A DNA stretch of 64,000 nt from Octopus sinensis. Its lineage: Eukaryota. The position numbers were made by a program, and so were the translations under genes. The stretch lies in the NCBI RefSeq assembly GCF_006345805.1, contig NC_042998.1, positions 174,840,001 to 174,904,000 on the forward strand, written 5' to 3'. The notes under the pieces were generated by a model that did no database searches, had not been told where the DNA came from, and was given only the letters and a program-made list of their open reading frames with translations. Numbering within the stretch: the stretch's first letter is position 1; each line of letters begins with the position of its first letter. Positions 1 through 11,479 of the stretch are shown in pieces.

Positions 1-94
1 GAGTCCTGAGCTTCTCAACCATTGTTGGGATTTTTCTCTGTCTATTTCTTATGCATTTAGTTTTTGCATTTATTATTATTATTATTATTATTGA

Positions 95-648
95 GTGAGA
101 GAGCAGTTCATGCCATCAAAGTGACACTGGGGTAAAATATACGAAGCCCAATATACCCATCATGACTACCTGTCTGATAAGGGCACACCAGGCACATGCA
201 TCACAACCATATGTGTGCGACATGGTGATCTCATATCAAAATAAACTGCACATGACCTTGCAGGTGGGGCCCAGTTAGAATTTTCTTCAGGTTGAGTAGC
301 CCATCCCGCTCAAACGGTCCCTGAATAAGGGTTGTTTAAGGATGTTGAAAAAAACCACCCATGTCTCCAGAGGTGAATTATTCAAACTCCAAAGAATCCC
401 TCTCAACACATGGCTATGATGCTCCCCCACTACTTCTGCTCGTGATCAGAGATGCACATATCGTCAGCCACTAAGGGACATGCTCAACTGGTTAAGGTCA
501 AACAACTGACAAGCAAATCTGTGGTATTGAGCAGAATATTTGCTGTAGCCCATCTTTTATACCAAGACAAAACAATGTACATGATAACGCTTCCAATCAG
601 TTAAGATCAGAAGCCATGAGAGCCACTGCCTGGTACTGCATCAGGGCA
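95..648 (-). mobile_element. Non-coding interspersed element embedded in a (TTA)n array, possibly a Dong/R4-mobilised non-autonomous element or 3'UTR fragment
   Basis: GC-richer block of about 550 bp with (att)n on both sides; the minus strand ends ...ctctcactcaataataat. Confidence 0.35.
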
Positions 649-649
649 T

Positions 650-662
650 TTATTTTTTATTA

Positions 663-712
<50 letters not shown>

Positions 713-765
713 CATTATTATTATTATCACTATTATTATTGTTGTTATTATTGTTATCATTATTA
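650..765. repeat. (ATT)n/(ATC)n microsatellite; others at 66-94 and 985-1035
   Basis: Direct reading; explains the poly-Ile ORFs in the track. Confidence 0.95.
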
Positions 766-771
766 TTGTTT

Positions 772-1500
772 GGAAAGCGATAAGCTGGCAGAACAGATAG
801 CACACAAGACGATATGCATAGCGGCATTTCATGCTTCTTCAGGTTCTGAGTTCAAATTCCACCAAGGTTGACTTTGCCTTTCATCCTTTTGGGATTGATT
901 AAATAAATACCAGCTACACATTGGGGTCAATGTAATCGACTTAATCCCTTCCCTTAAGTTGCCCTTGTGGCAAAGATTTGAAGTCATCATTATTATTATC
1001 ATTATTATTATTATTATTATATTATTATTATTATTGAAGCAGTGAACTAGCAGATTCATTAGCACGCTGGATGAAATGCTTAGCAGTATTTCGCCCGTTG
1101 CTGCCTTCTGGGTTCAAATTCCGCTATAGTTGGCTTTGCCTTTCATCCTTTCAGGGTCGATAAATTACCAGTCAGGTACTAATGTCAATAAGGGCGGCGA
1201 GCTGGCAGAAACGTTAGCATGCCAGTTGAAATGCATAGTCGTATTTCGTCTGCCGTTACGTTCTGAGTTCAAATTCCGCCGAGGTTGACTTTGCCTTTCA
1301 TCCTTTCGGGGTCGATAAATTAAGTACCAGTTACGCACTGGGGTCGATGTAATCGACTTAATACATTTGTCTGTCCTTGTTTGTCCCCTCTGTGTTTAGT
1401 CCCTTGTGGGCAGTAAAGAAATAGGTATTAATGTCGATGTGACCGACTATCCACCTCCCCACAAATTCCAGGCCTTGTGCCTATAATAGAAAGAATTATT
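772..1500 (+). mobile_element. Cluster of three tRNA-derived SINE family B copies: about 772-960, about 1036-1173 resuming at 1439-1500, and a nested younger copy at 1190-1422
   Basis: A box tggcagaaacgtta, B box gagttcaaattcc, shared body gactttgcctttcatcctttcggggtcgat; the nested copy has a 16-bp TSD (1174-1189/1423-1438). Confidence 0.85.
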
Positions 1501-1991
1501 AATGTTTGGTGAGTAAATAGAACAGACAGGAGTAGGACTTTGATGTTTTACTACTTATCACTGTCGCCAGGAGATATTATTGGCTAGAATAAATGTCATG
1601 TGGTGTATCTGTTTGCATAGACGTTTAGTATTCATAATTATTTTATTAATAAGTATGGAACTGTTGAGTAAGCTGCGCCCTCTCTACTACGCATATTGAT
1701 GTTGAGGGTTCGCTGTCAGAGAGATGATCTACTATACGCATTATTAGGTGCTCTGTCATTTCTGTTTCATCACATCCTACCACACATTGTTTCCTATTTC
1801 CTTTTTATATCCATAATTCTTGATACTGAATTTCATCTGGTATTATACCTTCCTTTGCCAGTCTGTATTCCTGTTGTGCCATTCTCCTTCTCTCCTTATC
1901 CTCTTGTTCATTACTATAATTTGTATTCTTCTTTTATATCTACTTTTGCCTCACTAATAAAATTGCATTCTGGCTCTGTCCTAATAATATC

Positions 1992-2119
1992 GATTCACTT
2001 CAACATTTAAGTTTAATTTGTCAAAATCCATGCTGCACGAATTTTTGTCAGTGAACAGGTCGCGGTCTTAAAGCGACGAAAATATTTTGACAAATTAAAC
2101 TTAAATGTTGAAGTGAATC
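1992..2119. repeat. Perfect 36-bp inverted repeat (1992-2027/2084-2119), MITE-like
   Basis: gattcacttcaacatttaagtttaatttgtcaaaat and its exact reverse complement. Confidence 0.85.
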
Positions 2120-2289
2120 AAACGGATTTTGTGTGTTTCTTAAATGGCTTACAAACACCTTCCACGCTGCAATTGTTTTCGTTTCAGCACACGATCTCAG
2201 ATCAAATCACTTGCTATGCAAGTACATCTCCCTAATAATATCAATAACGATATATGATGTGTATGCATGTATTATACATAGGTATGCAA

Positions 2290-2340
2290 ACACACACACA
2301 CACAGACGCAGACACACACACACACCACACACACACACAA

Positions 2341-2371
<31 letters not shown>

Positions 2372-2382
2372 CACACACACAC
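2290..2382. repeat. (CA)n microsatellite; many other (CA)n, (TA)n and (GA)n tracts occur across the window
   Basis: Direct reading. Confidence 0.95.
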
Positions 2383-2703
2383 CCATTAAAGTTACTTAGA
2401 GGATAAGTTAACCTCGTAAGGAGATGGTTACAGCCAAGGAATTACTGGTTTTCTATCTACTAATTTTGAGAAATGAAATTTCTTTAAATCAATTGGTATG
2501 TATTAAGAATAAAGTTCATGTTCACTTAAATGAAAGAAAGAATATGGAGAGTTAACATAATAATAATTATTTATTATTTAAAAATTACCAATTTTTTAAT
2601 AAGTCCTGGGGTCGATTTGTTCGACTGAAGACAGTGCTCTAGCATGGCCGCAGTCAAATGACTGAAACAGGTAAAAGAATACATTAATATATATAATAGG
2701 AGC

Positions 2704-3087
2704 AGGAGTGGCTGTGTGGCAAGTAGCTTGCTTACCAACCACATGGTTCTGGGTTCAGTCCTACTGCATGGCACCTTGGGCAAGCGTCTTCTACTATAGC
2801 CTTGGGCCGACCAAAGCCTTGTGAATGGATTTGGTAGACAGAAACTGAAAGAAGCCTGTCATATGTGTGTGTGTGTATGTTTATGTGTTTGTTTGTGTCC
2901 CCCAACATTGCTTGACAACCGATGGTGGTGTGTTTACATCTCCGTAACTTAGCGGTTTGGCAAAAGAGACCGATAGAATAAGTACTAGGCTTACAAAGGC
3001 TAAGTCCTGGGGTCGATTTGCTCGACTAAAGGCGGTGCACCAGTATGACTGCAGTCAAATGACTGAAACAAGAGAATAAAAGACTGA
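2704..3087 (+). mobile_element. tRNA-derived SINE family A, full length, with CORE-like accttgggcaag segment; a 3' fragment lies at 2596-2680
   Basis: A box tggctgtgtgg, B box ggttcagtcc, internal (TG)n, tail ggcggtgc-ccagcatgg...ctgaaacaag; near-identical copies elsewhere in the window. Confidence 0.88.
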
Positions 3088-3143
<56 letters not shown>

Positions 3144-3501
3144 GTGTACATTTAAACACAAAGAGAAATTACCTATAACAGGCAATTTATAGTTTTCCAT
3201 TCCTTTTGAAATTGCTTAAATTTTTGTGGTTTTCAGTCGTTTTGACTGTCTCCTAGCGTATAAAAATTGCCTTTTATAGGTAAATTTCTCTTTGTGTTTA
3301 AATGTACACTATTTTATATTGAATAATATGTCATCTATTGACATGCTAGGCCACTGGTAGTGAAATTTGTAAAAATTTACTACCCTATATGGATATCTAA
3401 GTATCGATATTAGCTTTTCAAAGTTCGCTTCAGCATTTTTCATTTTCTGCCCACTGAAACTGTGCTTGCATGGTGGATTTTGAAAAAAATTATAACATAT
3501 A

Positions 3502-6272
3502 TATAAGGCAACTCAGTGTAGTTATATGTGCTACATATCGCCCTCCAGATGCTCCAAGTCATAAAGGCAAGTTTGAAGACTGCCTTACAAAAATAGAAGA
3601 AGTTCTAGTCACATTAGAACAACACATAAATGTACTTCTTATGGGAGACTTCAATCTGCCCAATGTCAGATGGCCCGAGGCCCTTTCTCTCCCAGGAATG
3701 ACACGATGTGAATGAGGACAGGCAAGGTCCCTCCTGAACCTCATCAACACTCTGTACATGGAGCAAATAATACTCCAACCAACCAGGGCAGGTAACATAC
3801 AGGATCTCTGCTTCACAAATAATATAGATCTTATCCATAATGTGAGAGTGACACCGACACTACTCTCGGATCACAATATGGTAGAGTTGACCATGTACAG
3901 GCCAAAGGAAAGCATGGACATGCATCCTACAAGAAATTCTCAGAATCTTTTCAGCTTGAACTTCCATAAGGCAAACTAGAAACAAATTGAGAAAGAGATC
4001 CCCAAACAAAACTGGCCTAAATGTCTCTCCTCACCAGACATTGACATGAAACTTCAATAATTCATGTCTGTAATGCAAGCCATATGCTACAAATGTGTCC
4101 CAGAGAGAAAGACCACTGTACACAAGAACAAAATCCCTAGAGAGAGGAAAATTCTTATGAGACGGCATACAAAAGTTTCAAATCGCCTAAACAAACATAT
4201 TGAAAGCAGTGAAAAGTCCCACCTGAAAATAAAACTGTTGGAAGTTGAAAAATGTCTGCAACTCTCACATAAAAAAGAAAGAGCAGACAAAGAAGCCTGG
4301 GCTATAGACAACATAAAATCTAACCCCAGAGCTTTCTACAAGTTTGCCAAAGAAGCAGCTACGGTGCACTGTAGGATAGGGCCACTCCTTAAAAAAGATG
4401 ATACACTCACAGGAAATCCAATGAGGATAAGTGAAATACTAAATGAGCAATTCAAAAGTATTTTCACTCCACCCCTAGGGCATTTTAAAGGCAGCAATCC
4501 AACTGACTTCTTTACCACAGCAGATATAAAATCAGAGGCAACGATGATTGATTACATCAATATGAAGGAAGATGATGTAATAAGGGCTATAGATGAAATG
4601 AACCCAAACTCAGCTGCTGGCCCCGATGGATTCCCAGCAATCCTTCTAAAAGTATGTAAGAGAGTCCTAGCAAGATCACTGCAGTTCCTCTTTCAGAGCT
4701 TCCTTGCAACTAGCAAACTTCCAAGAAAACTGAAGGAAGGTAAAATATGCCTTATTCATAAAGGAGGTAGCAGAGCGGAGGCCAAGAACTACAGACGTAT
4801 CTCTCTGACCTCACACATCAGCAAGGTCATGGAACGAATAGTCAGAAGGAAACTAATCACATTCCTTGAAGAAAATAACTTGCTGCCTGACACCCAACAT
4901 GGTTTCCGACCAGGAAGAAGCTGCCTATCTCAGCTCCTACAACACTATGACTGGGTGCTGAAACAACTGCTCAACAACTCAAATGTGGAAGTGATATATT
5001 TTGACTTTGCAAAGGCCTTTGATAAAGTCGATCGTGGAATGATATGTCACAAACTGCGTGATCTTGGCATAGTTGGAAAATTGGGAGAATGGCTTCATGA
5101 CTTTCTGAAGGATAGAAGTCAGGTGGTAGTAGCCAATGGAGCCACCTCCAATAGCACGCAAATAGTGAGCGGTGTTCTGCAAGGCACTGTTTTGGGACCA
5201 CTGCTGTTCATAATGGCCCTCTCAGACATGCCCTCAGCCACGCAGAGAGCCACGATCACAAGTTATGCAGATGATACAAAAGTTTCACAGGTAATACAGA
5301 ACTCTGAAGACACTATGCACCTGCAATGTGAGCTGGACAAAATATACAAGTAGGCTGAAAAGAATAGCATGCAGTTCAATGCTGAAAAGTTTCAAGCTTT
5401 ATGCTATCAGCATGCAAAACTAAATGCAATACCCAATAAATACACTGGACCTGGAGGGATTGCAATCCCAGAGGCACAATCAGTGTGGGACCTGGGTATT
5501 TACAAGAGTAATGATGCAACCTTTCATGTGCATGTTGCTAAATTGGCAATGAAATGTAGGCAGCTGACCAGATGGATTCTGAGAGCTTTTAGAACAAGAG
5601 ACCAGGAAACTATGCTGGTCCTCTGGAGGACACTTGTCCTAAGCCACTTTGACTATTGCTCTCAACTATGGTCACCAACCAGTGTCAAATTAATCACAGA
5701 ACTTGAGGCGATCCAATGAAGCTACATGAAGATAGCCTCTGTGCAGCATATAAGCTATTGGGAAAGACTCAAGATATTAAGACTCTATTCCTTAGAGTGT
5801 AGGCGAGAAAGATATGCCATAATATACATCTGGAAGATCCTGGAAGGACTTGTCCCAAACTTTGGCATCAAGAGTTACACAAATACTAGAACCGGGCACC
5901 ACTGCATAGTGCCAAGGACTCCAAATATGCCATTAAGATGTAGGACAAGATACTGTGATAGCCTGGGCTTCAGAGGTCCACAGCTCTTCAATATCCTCCT
6001 GAAGGACCTGAGAGACCTGCATGGGGTGGATGCAGATGTCTTTAAAATAAAGCTGGACCTCTTCCTGTCAGGTGTCCCAGATGAACCAACTTCATGGCAG
6101 GAGGTGCAGATGAGGGCAGCTGCATCAAACTCTCTCATGCACCAAATGTCAATTGCTAAAAAGCATTCGTGAAGTAAAATCATGTAGCAACACCGAATGG
6201 CGGTGCCCCAGCATGGCCACAGCTTGTGAGCTGAAACTAGATAAAATGATAAAAAATGATAAAATGATATAA
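3502..6272 (+). mobile_element. 5'-truncated CR1-type LINE: ORF2 (APE endonuclease + reverse transcriptase) with 5 premature stops, 3'UTR and (AAATGAT)-like tail
   Basis: EN motifs YRPP, GDFNLP, SDHN; RT motifs QHGF, DFAKAFDKV, QGTVLGP, YADD; all track ORFs from 3470 to 6172 are in one frame. Confidence 0.93.
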
Positions 6273-6649
6273 AGATGAGACACGTGCTATTGGTCTCATA
6301 ATTGTAGGTTAATCTTGGATGGCTCGGTTAGTGATGAGGATTTGCCTAGTAAATTATTTTTATTTACTAAAAAAATCCGAAACCTATAGGTATAACCATA
6401 AAAACAAGGTAAAAGTTTTTATTTTTTCATTCTTTTTAAAATTGCTTAAATTTTTGTGGTTTTTGGTCGTTTTGACTGTCTCCTAGCGTGTAGAAATTGC
6501 CTATTATATTTCTGTTTGTGTTTAAATGTACACTATTTTATATTGAATAATATGTCATCTATTGACTTTTTATACATGCTAGGCCACAGGTTGTGAAATT
6601 TGTAAAAATTTACTACCCTATGTAGATATCTAGATATATATATCATTCA

Positions 6650-6852
6650 AAATGTGACCGCGTGTGTACCGTTGGCGATTTTTTTCCTCCGTTTTCCCTT
6701 CTTTGGATATTTCCTTTTCCTATGTTTCTGACAAAGAGCTCCGCTCGAAACATTAAGCCCTCTTTCTTTCCTTCTTTCCTGAGCATCCAATAATACTATA
6801 CTTGTTCCACGTCCCCGCGTTGTGTTTTCTCATTGTGTTTTCATGTTTGGAT

Positions 6853-6896
<44 letters not shown>

Positions 6897-7123
6897 TTGT
6901 GCGTTCACATTCCTGTCTTCTACCAAGAAATCTAATGCTTACAGCTTAGTTTTTTTTCTTGGGGCTGGCCGAGTTGGAGCAAATATCAGAATTGAACAGC
7001 CGAAATTTGCTATGATGATTCGGTGTCTGACTGAAGATTGAAGGCTTCGAATGATTTGTCTGTGTTCCGTGTTCGTCCCTTCCTGTATTTCACGTTCATT
7101 ATATATAAAAACATTCATTCTAT

Positions 7124-7130
<7 letters not shown>
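6650..7130 (+). mobile_element. Penelope-like terminal-repeat fragments, two pieces separated by (TA)n; a similar minus-strand piece lies at about 12890-12985
   Basis: ctga..aagagctccgctcgaaac motif followed by pyrimidine-rich sequence ending at (TA)n, typical of PLE termini; no coding part seen. Confidence 0.45.
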
Positions 7131-7208
<78 letters not shown>

Positions 7209-7699
7209 ATGAGAGAGAATTGATGAGTACATTAAATTCCTTCAGCTTTAAAGCTGTGGTCACGTTGGTGCTTCACCGATCTATCTAGCTATCTACCTAT
7301 ATATATGTAGAGAGAGAGGGGGGGGAGAGAGATACATACATACATATAGACTTATTTAAATAAAATATATAGTGATAAAATCTATATGAGAATTTATCAA
7401 GTAGCCTGCGTGAAAACCAGTTTGTGAAAAAAATTAATCATCATCATCATCGTCATCATCGTTTTACGCCCGCTTTTCATGCTAGCATGGGTTGGACGGT
7501 TCAACCGGGGGTCTGGGAAGCCAGGATGCTGCACCAAGCCCAGTCTGATCTGGCAGTGTTTCTACAGCTGGATGCCCTTCCTAACCCCCAAAGTATATAA
7601 TTTTTCCATTAGTAATAGCCCTTAATGTAATGAATGTATTTATATATATATTTATATATATGACTATATATATATATATATATATAGTTATAAAGATAG

Positions 7700-9680
7700 A
7701 TAGATATAAAAATACATTTATCTCTATATATATATATATGCGCGCGCGTGCGCACATATACATACATACATGCATACATACATACACACACGCGCGCGCG
7801 TATCAATTAAAAGTTGCTGCCCAATGTCACTTAAACCCCACACCCTACCATCATCCAGAAAAAGAATTATGAAAAAAGAACACTATACATTAAATAATGC
7901 CGATCAAGTTACTCTTAAAAAGACTGGATGCTCACGGCTGGAATACCTTTGATCATAGGTCTGCTGGATGAGGAATGACTTGGGCTAAAAAGAAACACCA
8001 AATCATAAATAAATAAAATAAGAAATAGTGAAGTGAGGAAATATCTAGGATTGTTAATGATATTAACTGTTGTTATTGTTGTTAATGTTACACTGTTCGT
8101 AATTATAATTATATTATAGATAGAGATAAATTTGTTGGCGTTAATTAATGTTTACGAAAAGACGGCTTCGAAAAAGCATGTTTTCAAGAAAAGTTTGGCC
8201 TGTCACTTCATAAGAAAAGTAAAACTTTTCTGATTGTTGGTGACCTTACTTAATGGGCATCTGTATGAATATATAAATCTATATTTGGTGTATAATTATT
8301 GTCTTATACTACACAATGGTTTATTGTTCTCGTTGTATGTCTTTCATATGTAAGTATTTTATTTATTGGTTGTGTTTTTTGGTTTTTATTGGAGGTGGGT
8401 ATAGTTTTTATGGTACTTTTCATCATTAATAGATAGCACTTGTTGGTTAAAAACTATTTACACTTTAAACAATAGTTTACGAATTTAAATACATTTAGTA
8501 GAGGTCCAGAAAGCTTTTAAAGTTACTGCTAAAGAAAATTCCAACTTGAAAACCTACTATATGACATGATTGTAACATTAAAATATAAATGTATTCTCCG
8601 TTTATATATTGTGTATTCGATGTATGTATAATATATACACACACGCGTAACTTGACCAGGTGATTAATTACATCACATTTCTGTAAACGACTTCGTACAA
8701 ATAGAATGTGAAAGTCTTTAAACTGCATTCTACATTATTTTAATAAGTATGTCCACTCTGTGTTTTGAGCACTTAGCTTTAAAATGTGGTTCTAGTTTTG
8801 GGGTTTTTTTTAAGGGGAACTCACAACTGTAGAACACATTATATTTACATAGTAAAAGTTGTCCTTTTCCTTATATGACACTTGTTAAGTTTACTCTTTT
8901 CATAAGGTGTGTATAGTGTCAAAAGTTATATCATACCTCTGTACAGATAAATTACATAAGTAGTTTCCTCATATGAACATCTGCACGCACGAATGTATAC
9001 TGTATAAAGTAACTATATTGAACTATGAATATTTGGTTTATCCTTCTATTCCTTCTCTTCCAGAACAGTTCTATTAAACCGAAGACTGCCTAGCATAGAT
9101 ATGTCTTCTTCATCGCATATATGCAAAAGGAACCGAAGCAATCATTATAACGATCATCATTATTCCTTCATAAATTGGACAAAGTTAAAGGTAAAATTAG
9201 GCTTTGCACAACAGCTTTCATTCCATGTTACTTTTTACTGCGCAATCTTTTTACTTTTATTATTATAAAAGAAATCATTATTATTATTATTATTATTATT
9301 ATTACTACTATTTTAATTAATTTTTTTTTTGTTTTTTCGCGTGCACGTATATGCGTTTGTACGCGGCGTGCGCTTAAGTTTATACGTGTCTGCTATAATT
9401 TGTGTATAAATATGTATGCTGTATTCGTTTGTACGCTCAGATGTTTTGTATGTTCATGTGAGATTAAATTTACAGCAGAACTTGTGTGTAATCTCCTTAC
9501 TTGAGAATAGATTGCTATGGAGACACCTGAGGCATGTCTTCTATCCCACGCTATTGTTGACAGCAAGTTACATTTTGCGTCTCTAAAATGTCGTTGGAGG
9601 TAGGTGGGTAAATTAAACCGCTTTGGTATATCCTGTGTATAATATATATATATATATTATATATATATATATAATATATA

Positions 9681-9713
<33 letters not shown>

Positions 9714-9716
9714 CAT

Positions 9717-9765
<49 letters not shown>

Positions 9766-10300
9766 AAATACAAGCATATCAACTGCATCGATCTCAGTGT
9801 GGAAGGATTTGCAAAGGTCATGGGCACTCAGTCTAAATTTAAATAAATTACATAGCGAGTGAGAGAGAAAAGTAGTTAGAAAGTAAAAAAAGTAATTTCT
9901 TTATTGACTTAAATGGTGCAGTCTGTAGCGAGATATTTTTTAGACGTCTGAATAAAAAAAAAAAAAAGCCCACTGTTTTGAGTTCCAATCCAACTGGGAA
10001 CGACTTACTTTTCATCCTTCCGGGTCACTCGAATATGTACCAATCACGATTGTTATTGTTCAGTGTTATTTTTGTTACATATTTTCATTGCATTACTGTG
10101 GGCCTTGTGTACATGCTGTTTTGTATTGGTTTTTACTTTATTGACAGTTATCAAACTAATGTATACAGTGTTTAATGGTTCTACTTTCTGTATATTACAC
10201 GTAATTGTAAATCGCGATTGTCTTAGTTATAGATTTGTCTTTCTTTTAACTATCCCCAAGGTACATTTTATTATTGGAATTGTTCGTTCAAAGTTTTATA
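7700..10300. promoter_or_regulatory. CpG-retaining region, putative promoter/TSS neighbourhood
   Basis: Visibly many CpGs in non-TE sequence (e.g. cgcgtgcacgtatatgcgtttgtacgcggcgtgcgc at about 9338-9373) compared with the CpG-poor KRIT1 introns; judged by eye, boundaries approximate. Confidence 0.4.
9064..9190 (+). other. Candidate KRIT1 5'UTR exon
   Basis: Pyrimidine tract and CAG acceptor (ttccttctcttccag), AAG|GTAAAA donor, inside a CpG-retaining region upstream of coding exon 1; no transcript evidence. Confidence 0.35.
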
Positions 10301-10765
10301 CTTGAATTCTTTCTCCATTTCTTTTGAGAGATACTTTTTTCTTAAAATTTTTTGCTGGTTGTTCGATTTTGAACTTCTTCCTTCCCAAGTGGTCTTTGAT
10401 AACAATGTCTGCCCTATTAACCATAATTTCTCTGTGTGCGTAGATTGACAGATCCCAGAGTATGATCGCCTTGTCATTCCTTTAGAACACCCCTTCTACT
10501 GTAAACCTACACAACCTCTTTTCTGGTGGTATTTCATAATGCTGCCCCATCTTTTTCATGCTTGTAGATGTCTTGGTTGACTGGGTCTCGGTAGCTAGAG
10601 ACATTATGTTCACTGTTTCTTCCCAATCACCACATATTCTGCAGTTAATATATTCTACTTCATCGCATGTTTTGGGTGTTTCTGATGAGAATTTGATCCT
10701 ATTCTGCAATCAGTAATCTTTCAGTCTCAGTTTTGAGTCTTGCACTTCTCAGCAGGGTATGAGAT
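10270..10765 (-). mobile_element. Degenerate Dong/R4-type (REL endonuclease) non-LTR fragment
   Basis: Minus-strand remnants LKTETERLLIA-DQ, CRICGDWEETV, IILWDLSI...NRQ. Confidence 0.65.
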
Positions 10766-11479
10766 GTTTTGGCACTGACTTATTTGGCATCAGACCTTTT
10801 AATGTTTCTCTCATTCTTTCCTTTCTGTCTCTCACTCCTATCTGTATGTGTATATTTCTGTGCACACATGCATGTGTTTACCTCCAGCGCCAAAACTGGC
10901 TGAATGTCCAGTCACCTGTGCCAAATCATTTCATTCCATTCTAAACAGGTACTGCTGTTTTTCTCTATTACTTTTCTCTGTTTACTTTTTTTGGGGGGTA
11001 TTGACCATGTTAGGGACTTTTCTTTCCACTGCTTTAACATGCCCCATTTCTAACTTCTTTTTATCTTCTTGACATTTTCTGTTATTTATCACTTCTCTCA
11101 ACTTTCTATTTTGTATTTGTTAGTTTTCTTGAAGACAGAAAACAGTATTTTTTTTTAGTGGGGTGGGAGCTGCAGCTATTTCTATTAGTTTTCAGTTATT
11201 CGTTACTAGATTTTTTTTTTGGTCCTACAGTGAATAGTTGATAATATAGTTTCCTTGTTGTCTATTCCTCCTACCTTTCTGTATTTGTGCTAGGTATAAT
11301 CTTTCTATGTCAGATTTTGGGTGGTGTATTAAATAATACAGCCATTGTTTTTCTTAACTAAACTTGCTAGTTCAATTAGCATCCACCTGAGAATATAGCT
11401 ACTACCTACTACTGGACCAGCTACAATATTATTTGTTGCATTTAGTTCTGTTTTGAATATTAGTCTAACACATCTTTAA

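Noticed and set aside
650-1065. Poly-Ile, poly-Tyr-Ile and His-Thr ORFs here and throughout the track
   Set aside because: These are translations of (ATT)n, (TA)n and (CA)n microsatellites.
1696-2010. 104-aa hydrophobic ORF
   Set aside because: It reflects pyrimidine-rich low-complexity composition running into a MITE arm, with no motif support.
2704-2775. tRNA-like sequences with A and B boxes
   Set aside because: They are SINE heads continuing into SINE bodies; no complete cloverleaf was seen, so they are not called tRNA genes.
8495-8728. Minus-strand 77-aa ORF as a possible head-to-head neighbour (ANKIB1 flanks human KRIT1)
   Set aside because: There is no resemblance to the ANKIB1 N-terminus as I recall it and no consistent exon chain.
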